IMG/VR virus record: IMGVR_UViG_3300006754_000007
Origin: an uncultured virus (IMG/VR IMGVR_UViG_3300006754_000007)
Lineage: Duplodnaviria; Heunggongvirae; Uroviricota; Caudoviricetes
DNA length: 64,000 nucleotides
Direction: 5' to 3' (one strand)
Part shown: one piece after another, positions 57,063 to 64,000 of the stretch
How positions within the stretch are numbered: position 1 is the stretch's first letter
Layout: each line of letters begins with the position of its first letter
Made by a program: the position numbers and the translations under genes
Notes under the pieces: generated by a model
Told to the model about the DNA's origin: nothing
Seen by the model: only the letters and a program-made list of their open reading frames with translations
The model's database searches: none

Positions 57063-57479
57063 ATGTCAGATCCCCTACGCGAAAAGCTCATCCGGTTGGC
57101 TCATGCCCAACCGGAACTCCGTGATGACCTACTCCCCTTGCTGAAGCAAGCTGAAACCGCCAGGACTGCGGGGGTTCACTACTGGGCCAGAATCGAGGAT
57201 GTTCAAAAAGAGTACCTTCAACAAACTACGGACACTCTCATTCGTTTGTTGGGTCCAGGGTGGGATGGGCAACAACTGCGACGTGGGGCGTTGGTGAGAC
57301 GCACCACGGGCGAACCTGTTTACTTCAATCTTGACTTTTATCACCCCGACGGTCGTGTGAAGCCAGAGATTCGAGTGCAAGGACCGAGGACCTCCGGTGT
57401 CCCAGACTTCGGCGCTGTGGTTGACAGTTCAGACCAGTCAGCGAAGGAGATCGCCAAGCAGTTGAAGAAGGCTCTGTGA
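57063..57479 (+). CDS. Tagged small protein
   Basis: LREKLIRLAHAQPELRDDLLPLLKQA. Confidence 0.78.
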   Translation: MSDPLREKLIRLAHAQPELRDDLLPLLKQAETARTAGVHYWARIEDVQKEYLQQTTDTLIRLLGPGWDGQQLRRGALVRRTTGEPVYFNLDFYHPDGRVKPEIRVQGPRTSGVPDFGAVVDSSDQSAKEIAKQLKKAL

Positions 57480-58138
57480 TGACCCTCCGCACTCAACTCA
57501 TCAAGCTGGCCCACGAGAACCCAGACCTTAGGGAGGACCTGCTTCCGATCCTGAAGCAGGCTGGAACCCCCAAAACCGCTGACGAGAGAACTGCGGGTCT
57601 TCCCAAGGGGAACATCTATTGGAAGCAGGTAACCAAAGACGACGATGTGGAGGTAGGTAAGGGAGTGTTCATCGTGACCCAGAAAGGTAAAAAGTACGTC
57701 GCAAACTGGGGCAGCAACGACGCTCAAAAGGCGCAACAGTTCCTATTGCAACAGAGCAAAAAGAAAGCGGCGTCGATTCAGAAGACCGCCATCAACCAAG
57801 ACACGCAGGCACATGCCCGCCCTGAACTCAGGGAGGACCTGCTTCCGATCCTGAAGCAAGGGGCCTCTTGGTTCGACATGTTCTTCAAGGAGAAGCGCAT
57901 CCCGTCGAAGGTGTTTGATGTCACCGACCGGCAAGGGGTCACGCACAGCATCCCCAACGAGGTGGTGATCGAAGCCATCAAACAGACCCGTGGCAGCGAG
58001 AAGAAGAAGATCGAAGAAACCCTTCGCATGATCGACTTCAAGAACGGAGATGTGAACCACTACCTCGCCCATCTCGCAAAGGGCTTGGCCGAGTCGTACA
58101 GCGGTGCCCTCCGGTTCGCCAAGAGCACGCAGTTCTGA
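57476..58138 (+). CDS. Doubly tagged protein
   Basis: LRTQLIKLAHENPDLREDLLPILKQA; AHARPELREDLLPILKQG. Confidence 0.78.
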   Translation: MMTLRTQLIKLAHENPDLREDLLPILKQAGTPKTADERTAGLPKGNIYWKQVTKDDDVEVGKGVFIVTQKGKKYVANWGSNDAQKAQQFLLQQSKKKAASIQKTAINQDTQAHARPELREDLLPILKQGASWFDMFFKEKRIPSKVFDVTDRQGVTHSIPNEVVIEAIKQTRGSEKKKIEETLRMIDFKNGDVNHYLAHLAKGLAESYSGALRFAKSTQF

Positions 58139-58187
58139 ATCAAGAGCCTATACCCAAAGAGCAACAGACATTTCTGGGGAAATCATC

Positions 58188-59324
58188 ATGGACCACAACC
58201 TTCGCATCGCCGCTTGGCAGCCGCCCAAGTTGAACAAGGCTCTTGCGCGTCAGGTGGCTAAGAGGTTGGACAAGCACTGGGCGCAGACCGGTGTAAAGAA
58301 ACTACAGGACATTCGTGACGCTCTCGGGAGTGGGGTCGTATCCGACATGCCGATGGCAGATCGCATCGACAACCAAGCCGCTGTCAAGAAGTGGAAGCAG
58401 AACCTTTCCAAGACTGACCTCCATAAGATGTTCCGCATGATCGAGGAGATCAAGAACGGCAAGAGCCGGGAACAATACCGAAAAACAGACGAGGCCCTTT
58501 CCGGCCTTCGTGCCGCCTTTGCTCAAGGAGCCAATACCATGGACCACAATCTTCGCATCGCTTGCATCAAACTGGCTTACGAGAAGCCTGAGCTTCGCGC
58601 CCACCTGCTCCCACTCCTGAAGGAAGCGCGTCGAGGTGCCATCACTCCCGGCGTGGACAAGCGTTCCGTCCGTAGTGGGATGGCTACGATGGTGTGGTTC
58701 CTGGACGCTGCAAAGAACAGTTCCAAGTTCTACGAGCAGTTGATCACCCCTGAAGCAAACGGCGAGTACAAGCTGTTCCGTCAGTGGGGTCGGCTTACGG
58801 ATCGCGGTTCTGTGAATCGGAGTGCAACCAAGGAACTCTACTTCGATGATTTGGGGCAGGCACAAAAGGCGATGCAGGCGCGGTACAAGAAGTCGCTTCG
58901 CTCTGGTTACATCGACACTTTCGGTCGCCTGCACCAGACGCCTTCGGGCCACAAGCTCCCGATGGGCGAGTACCCGGTGGGTCTCGGTGACACCGCTCTC
59001 TGGAGAGGTGAGGAAGCTGCGATGTGTGTGCCGGAACTTCGGTACATCATGGACGCCCTCGGTGAGGGCATGTCTGCCTCCTCTCGTGACGATGCTGAGG
59101 GCCTCCTCTACTCGTTGGAGAACGCCAACCGCACTCTTCAGAGCATGGAGATGTCCGACTTGTCCAAGGCCCTTCAGAAGATGATGGGGAAGCCCCTTGG
59201 GCGTATGCAGGGCGCACGTTCGGACCTCGCTCTTGGCATCATCCCTGAGAAGTCGAAGACCGTCCGTGAGATCGGAACCCTGCTCCGCTACCTCAACAAG
59301 AGACTGTCCCTCTGCGGAAGGTAG
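58188..59324 (+). CDS. Tagged protein with WGR domain
   Basis: MDHNLRIA twice; IKLAYEKPELRAHLLPLLKEA; NSSKFY..LFRQWGR..GY. Confidence 0.78.
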   Translation: MDHNLRIAAWQPPKLNKALARQVAKRLDKHWAQTGVKKLQDIRDALGSGVVSDMPMADRIDNQAAVKKWKQNLSKTDLHKMFRMIEEIKNGKSREQYRKTDEALSGLRAAFAQGANTMDHNLRIACIKLAYEKPELRAHLLPLLKEARRGAITPGVDKRSVRSGMATMVWFLDAAKNSSKFYEQLITPEANGEYKLFRQWGRLTDRGSVNRSATKELYFDDLGQAQKAMQARYKKSLRSGYIDTFGRLHQTPSGHKLPMGEYPVGLGDTALWRGEEAAMCVPELRYIMDALGEGMSASSRDDAEGLLYSLENANRTLQSMEMSDLSKALQKMMGKPLGRMQGARSDLALGIIPEKSKTVREIGTLLRYLNKRLSLCGR

Positions 59325-59951
59325 ATGTCTGATTCAGTCCAAGCGGCAGCGAAGCCTAATGTAAGGAACTACCTCCGCACAAAAGGGAGGGAGTGCCCTT
59401 TCTGCGGAAACACCTACATCTGGTCAAGCGGCTCTGAAGAGTGTGACGGGCCTTCTTGCGAATGGCCCGTTCAGTGCGAGCGGTGTGGTGCGGAGTGGGA
59501 CAAACTCTACCAACTGAACAACATCAAGGTAACGAAACAGCCGCTGCCTTCCGCACAATGGCGAACCGCGAAGAGAGCCGCCATCCGGCGTGTCATGCGA
59601 AAGCAGGCCGGGGTCAAGAACGTATACGAAGCAGTCACCATGCAGTTGCTGTCGATTGCCAACAAGGCTGCTGTGAACCCCCTTCGTCCTGCACAGGTAG
59701 ATACCTCTTATGGGTGGGCTGGGGCGCATATCGAAGGCGAGGCTTACAATAGCGAACCCTTCAACGCGATGCTTCCCTACGCCTTGGACGTGTACTGGAC
59801 TGGAAAGAAGGGTGTTGTAGCCATTGTGGTCAGCCGACCAGACGGAACCACAGTGGATGACGACATTGAGTTCTCTGGCCGCCGTTCCGACTCGAAGGAC
59901 GTGGCGAAGAAAGCCCAGGATTTGCTGTTCAGGCTACGAGGCCGACCCTGA
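59325..59951 (+). CDS. Zn-ribbon protein with internal tag-like segment
   Basis: CPFCG..CERCG; RTAKRAAIRRVMRKQA. Confidence 0.7.
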   Translation: MSDSVQAAAKPNVRNYLRTKGRECPFCGNTYIWSSGSEECDGPSCEWPVQCERCGAEWDKLYQLNNIKVTKQPLPSAQWRTAKRAAIRRVMRKQAGVKNVYEAVTMQLLSIANKAAVNPLRPAQVDTSYGWAGAHIEGEAYNSEPFNAMLPYALDVYWTGKKGVVAIVVSRPDGTTVDDDIEFSGRRSDSKDVAKKAQDLLFRLRGRP

Positions 59952-60154
59952 TGTTGCCTCCAGCGAGGAAGGCCCCCCGCCAGAAAACGACCACGGTGGA
60001 CGTGTCCGACATGGACATGGCCGACATCACCGAAGAGTTGGAGCGCACGCTGCTTGAGTGCTCTGGACCCAGGATGTCTTCAGAGCCTGAAGCAGAACCC
60101 CAGGAAGCTGAAAAGCCTTCTTCCTGGAAGCGGTTCCTGGGGCTGTCCCGCTGA
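59951..60154 (+). CDS. Small hypothetical protein
   Basis: TGATG coupling. Confidence 0.5.
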   Translation: MLPPARKAPRQKTTTVDVSDMDMADITEELERTLLECSGPRMSSEPEAEPQEAEKPSSWKRFLGLSR

Positions 60155-60155
60155 A

Positions 60156-60389
60156 TCAGCCCTTGTTGGTGTACTGGCTTTGTTCCGCAAAGTCGAAGAT
60201 GTCATCTACGAGCTTCTTGCCCTTCTCCTTGGTTTCCTTGAACTTCTCGACCACCTCCTTGACAGAGTGGTTCGCTGGATCAGCCCCTTTATGCTCATCC
60301 AGGTACTTGTCCTTGGCGTCCTGGGTGGCGTGCTCCATTGCCGTCCGTAGGGCAGCACGCACAGCGAGTCGTTTTGGGTCAGCTTTCAC
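60156..60389 (-). CDS. Small tagged protein with EHAT..HxGADPxNH module
   Basis: DPKRLAVRAALRTA-MEHATQDAKDKYLDEHKGADPANHSV. Confidence 0.7.
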   Translation of the reverse strand: MKADPKRLAVRAALRTAMEHATQDAKDKYLDEHKGADPANHSVKEVVEKFKETKEKGKKLVDDIFDFAEQSQYTNKG

Positions 60390-60652
60390 TTTCTCGCCTC
60401 AGCCAGTTCCGTTTGGCAGGTAGTGAGGGCTGTCTCAGCGCGGACGGCACGGTCCTGCATCTCGGCCAAAGCTGCTTCCAGTCCTCTTTCACGGCTTGTC
60501 GGATGCCTTGGCTGCTCGCCTTCTTGGGCATCGTCAATGCGTTGCTGGAGCGTGTCCAGTTCCGTTTCGTAGTCCCCATCGTCCTTGGGGTCCCCGGCAA
60601 ACGCCAAGGAAGCAACCCCAACCAACACCATCCCTTGCAGAAGTCGTTTCAC
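60386..60652 (-). CDS. Signal-peptide plus coiled-coil protein
   Basis: VKRLLQGMVLVGVASLAFA; coiled coil. Confidence 0.55.
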   Translation of the reverse strand: MKRLLQGMVLVGVASLAFAGDPKDDGDYETELDTLQQRIDDAQEGEQPRHPTSRERGLEAALAEMQDRAVRAETALTTCQTELAEARK

Positions 60653-60939
60653 CTTTCTTCCTCCAGCCTCTCTCGGGAGACGGCAATAAGTCGTCGGCAA
60701 TCGTCAACGATGCTTTCCAATAACGCCACGCGGCCATCGGAGTTGATCTTCTGCGTTTCGAGCTTTTCCTGAAGGCTTGTCACTTTGGCTTCAAGCTGAG
60801 CCTTGGCTACTCGTAGTTCAGTCGTCTCTGCGGGTTCGATGGTGATGCCCAACATAGACCCAGCAGAGCCAGCAGCGACCAAGGCTAACGCTCCAATGAT
60901 GATGTTCTTAGGGTTTGCGAAGTCCACGTCTTTACCCAC
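60649..60939 (-). CDS. TM plus coiled-coil protein
   Basis: IIIGALALVAAG; LEAKVTSLQEKLE. Confidence 0.6.
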   Translation of the reverse strand: MGKDVDFANPKNIIIGALALVAAGSAGSMLGITIEPAETTELRVAKAQLEAKVTSLQEKLETQKINSDGRVALLESIVDDCRRLIAVSRERLEEER

Positions 60940-60942
60940 CGG

Positions 60943-62523
60943 TCAATCCTTACCTGTGTAGCGAGCCTTGATCCCGGCGTCTACGCGGCCTTGCAGAAAT
61001 CGTTCGCCCGCGTTCGCCCTCTTACGGAGGATCTTCAATCCCGCTCCATTTGGATACCCGGCTTCCAAGCCTTTTAGGATCTTGGTCAGGATCTTCAATC
61101 CCACCGTCTGTGCTTTAGGGTTTGCTTCCGGCTGGTGGTGTTTGAGGACCATAGAGAAGTTGTAGACAAGCCCACTGACTGGCCCAAACTTGCCTTCAAG
61201 TCCGTGAAAGTGCCTCTCCATACCCTGCAAAGTCCTCTCGGCTACTTGCCATTGGCCGTTCTTAGCTTCAGAGAGAGCCTTCTTGGCGATGGCGATGTTT
61301 TTGGTGTCCACGGTCCCACGAGGGAGTGCTTTTATAATCTCCCGTGGTCCGATGGTGAGAAGCTCCGTGCCGTCGTTGAGGTGGTCGGCGGCTTTATTAT
61401 CCAGAAATCGTGAAGACACACGGGCGCTGGCGGTTCGGGACATGTGTCGGTCAACCACGCGAGCCGCGAGCCGCCGTGCTTGGTGTCTGCGAGCTACGTC
61501 AGAAGCACTGGCAAGCCGAGTTTTGTCGGCGTGCCTTAGGAAGTCTCCGATCTCACCCCAGACCTTTTTGAGGTGGTCGATGCGGTCTTCGACATCCAAG
61601 GAGGAGAGGTTGCCCAGTCGCTGCCTAAGATCAATGGCTCCCCCTGAGTTGATGGTCGTAGCCAGGGTCCCCAGACGAAGCCGCTCTGCTTCAGCGTAGG
61701 CCCCGCCGCCTCCTGCCCAGAGGGCACCCCACAAACGCTCATTGCTCTTCGCAATCTTGGAAACCTTCTCGGCTGCATCATCCATCTGCTCCAAGAGGGT
61801 GACCATATCCAGTAGGCTCTTTTGCAGGCGAGCCATGTCCTGGAGTGGTGCCGCCCACTTCTTCACCTTGGAGCGGATTCGCAGTTCCTTTGGGAAAGCC
61901 TTCCCAAAGAGTTCGAGCATCTTCGGAACTTGGCTTGGGGAGAACCACTTTTTCTGGAAGGGCTGCCCTTCATCCTCGAAGGAGAAAGCAACCGCACGGA
62001 TCTTCTCACCTGGGCACTCGATGTTGGCGTACCCTTCGATTTCTTCACGGGGTTCGTTCCACCCGTCCCCGTCGTACCTGCCTGTGCCGAAGGTGATCTC
62101 TTGTTCTTCGGTGTCCAGGGCGGCCCAGAGCCAGAACTCGAACTTGACGTTGCGGTCCAGGACAATCGCGTTGTTCTTGGAAACCCGGATCTTTTGCCCT
62201 GCTTTCCCCGCCAGGGTGATGTAAGCGAGTGCCCCCTCCCAGCCTTCACGACCTTCTTCGATGTATTCATCGCAAACGTCGTCACAGCCCTCGACCCCTA
62301 TGACCTTCCATCCCATCTGCTTCAAGGGGCCAATGACCTTCTTGGAAAACTTCAGGGCTGCCTTTCCCGCCTGGGTGGTGAAGTGGCTGTAGTCATCTGT
62401 CTCGGCGCACTCGGGAAGATCGGGGCCATCCGGCTCGTAGTCATCACGAGGGTCGTAGTCATCTTCGTAGTAGCCCCCATCAGGGCCATACGCGCCAGCA
62501 GTCTTTGGGTCGTTAGAGGGCAT
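60943..62523 (-). CDS. Multi-segment protein with stacked RVA-type tags
   Basis: N-terminal DPKTAG; internal RLASASDVARRH..AARVVDRH..RTASARVSSRF..KAA. Confidence 0.78.
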   Translation of the reverse strand: MPSNDPKTAGAYGPDGGYYEDDYDPRDDYEPDGPDLPECAETDDYSHFTTQAGKAALKFSKKVIGPLKQMGWKVIGVEGCDDVCDEYIEEGREGWEGALAYITLAGKAGQKIRVSKNNAIVLDRNVKFEFWLWAALDTEEQEITFGTGRYDGDGWNEPREEIEGYANIECPGEKIRAVAFSFEDEGQPFQKKWFSPSQVPKMLELFGKAFPKELRIRSKVKKWAAPLQDMARLQKSLLDMVTLLEQMDDAAEKVSKIAKSNERLWGALWAGGGGAYAEAERLRLGTLATTINSGGAIDLRQRLGNLSSLDVEDRIDHLKKVWGEIGDFLRHADKTRLASASDVARRHQARRLAARVVDRHMSRTASARVSSRFLDNKAADHLNDGTELLTIGPREIIKALPRGTVDTKNIAIAKKALSEAKNGQWQVAERTLQGMERHFHGLEGKFGPVSGLVYNFSMVLKHHQPEANPKAQTVGLKILTKILKGLEAGYPNGAGLKILRKRANAGERFLQGRVDAGIKARYTGKD

Positions 62524-62547
62524 CAGTTCTCCTAAGGGTCAGCCCCT

Positions 62548-62561
62548 ATAGAGAAACCACC
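62548..62561 (-). promoter_or_regulatory. Class II motif GGTR-N6-CTAT
   Basis: GGTGGTTTCTCTAT upstream of 62523. Confidence 0.5.
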
Positions 62562-62854
62562 CTACTTGTCGGAAGGCTTCCAACCGCACTTGTGGCAGCC
62601 TTTGCCAAGGGTCTTGATAATGCAGTCGCCAGGGGTGAAGATGACCTCGTTCTTGATGGCCTTCTTCTTTCCACAGTTTTGGCAGTCGGTCTTGATAATC
62701 ATCACATTTCCCGCTAAGAGGCGGCTCCTCCTTCCCTTTACGAGTGAAATCGAGCTTCAGAACCCCTGGAATCGCGTTTTTTCTCCATCTTTTGGAAGAC
62801 AATCCTCAAGAGGGGGGCTTATCTTGTCGATAGGGGGGTATAGATAGACCACAG

Positions 62855-63310
62855 GTGAAAACCACCAATCAGAGGTGTATGATGAGGTACTCAAAACTTG
62901 GACTGACGCACGCGAAGGACATCCTCGCTTGCATCGGTCACTCCGAAAATGGCTGTTGGGAGTGGGAAGGTAAGCTCAGCCCGGAAGGCTACGGAGAGTA
63001 TTCCGTGGAGGGCGAAGAGACGCTCGCGGTACACAAGGCGATGTTTGTCATCACTCGTGGAACGGTCCCGGAAGATAGTGCCCTGGTTCATACCTGCGAC
63101 GAGAAGAAGTGCTGCAACCCTTCTCATATGAAGGTGGTGGAGACTCGTGCTTGCCACATTACTCCTGACCAGATCAATCAGATGAAGACCTGGATGGGTT
63201 CCGACTGTGAGGTGTCTCCCAATGTCGCTTCCAGGAAGTTGAACTTCCAGTGGGACACCGGAGTCGTTGCTCATCGCATGACGAAGCTGGGTATTCCCAA
63301 GAAGGCTTAG
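62855..63310 (+). CDS. HNH endonuclease-like protein
   Basis: GCWEWEG..GYG..AVHK..LVHTCDEKKCCNPSHM. Confidence 0.78.
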   Translation: MKTTNQRCMMRYSKLGLTHAKDILACIGHSENGCWEWEGKLSPEGYGEYSVEGEETLAVHKAMFVITRGTVPEDSALVHTCDEKKCCNPSHMKVVETRACHITPDQINQMKTWMGSDCEVSPNVASRKLNFQWDTGVVAHRMTKLGIPKKA

Positions 63311-63909
63311 TCAGAAGCCCAGTCTCGGACCCTCTCTTCACGCATGTAGGTCGCTTCGTCCCAGCGTTTAGAGTCTACAAAGCGTGGCTGATCCATCAGC
63401 AGTGCGATTGTCACCTGTCCCGGAGTTGCGCGAGGCGTGCTTGACCCGGTGAACACCACTCGTCCTTGCTTATCGGTGATGGCAGCATCCCAGGTGGGGG
63501 TGCCTTTAGAGGTTGGGTCCTTTGTGAACTCTATCTTGAGGACCTCTCGTCCTTCCCAGGAAATCCACGGCGCTTGCGTCGATCCGGCGCTGACCTCGTC
63601 CTTTACAGTCGCCAGACCCGAGAACTGCGTAAGCATCCCGTAGTCAAAGTTATGCGTGAAGTCTGTGACTTTGACGTTGGCGTGGGGCACTTCTCCGTTG
63701 GCGTGGGCAAACCACCGCTTCAGCACCTGCTCTACCTTACGGAAGTCGAGCTTCCAGACTGTGTAGGCTTTCATGCCGGTGTAGCTCTGTTCCTCCACGG
63801 AGTACGGGGCCACCTTGTTGATGGTGTCCTGGAGGAGTTTCATGGTAGGCGCTGCTGCCCATTTGTAGGCAGTCGCTACACGAACAGGGGATGGTGTTGG
63901 TTGGGACAT
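63307..63909 (-). CDS. Tagged hypothetical protein
   Basis: MSQPTPSPVRVATAYKWAA. Confidence 0.72.
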   Translation of the reverse strand: MSQPTPSPVRVATAYKWAAAPTMKLLQDTINKVAPYSVEEQSYTGMKAYTVWKLDFRKVEQVLKRWFAHANGEVPHANVKVTDFTHNFDYGMLTQFSGLATVKDEVSAGSTQAPWISWEGREVLKIEFTKDPTSKGTPTWDAAITDKQGRVVFTGSSTPRATPGQVTIALLMDQPRFVDSKRWDEATYMREERVRDWASD

Positions 63910-63939
63910 GCGTGCGTGTTCCTTTCCCTTTCAAATCCA

Positions 63940-63953
63940 ATAGCCCCAGTACC
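63940..63953 (-). promoter_or_regulatory. Class II motif GGTR-N6-CTAT
   Basis: GGTACTGGGGCTAT upstream of 63909. Confidence 0.5.
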
Positions 63954-64000
63954 GGCAAGTAAGGCTCCTATAAGAAAGAGGATTCTCGACTGGAGGGCAC

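Noticed and set aside
60386..60939. Spanin/holin lysis cassette
   Set aside because: TM plus coiled-coil architecture only; no adjacent lipoprotein partner or endolysin recognised

Overview
GC-rich, densely coding window that reads as part of a large (jumbo-like) bacteriophage genome. This is an inference: there are no capsid, terminase or polymerase genes in view, but there are many ORFans plus a sigma-70/ECF-like factor, tRNA-Asn, tyrosyl-tRNA synthetase, thymidine kinase, a fragmented DNA amino-methyltransferase, SET-domain, GIY-YIG, HNH, pyrimidine-dimer-glycosylase-like, Gp37/Gp68-like and AAA+/VWA genes. Standout observations: (1) About 18 otherwise unrelated proteins share short portable peptide tags (RVAxR(Y/F/H)..K(T/Q)A; DRKALIRLASxLPxGSxER; LIxLAHxxPELRxxLLPxLKQA) at N-termini and between domains. 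One tag ends immediately before the Cys nucleophile of an Ntn hydrolase, suggesting a virion-targeting and proteolytic polyprotein-processing system. (2) There are two promoter-like motifs: GGTTCC-N16-CGTA (24 exact copies, before small untagged genes) and GGTR-N6-CTAT (before tagged genes). (3) A methyltransferase is split into three permuted ORFs, and its DPPY motif is followed by GGT-TGA-AT-GGC, a candidate 8-nt translational bypass. (4) Three promoter-driven ORF-free structured regions are candidate ncRNAs, one of about 780 nt. All domain calls are from motif recognition by eye; no searches were run.
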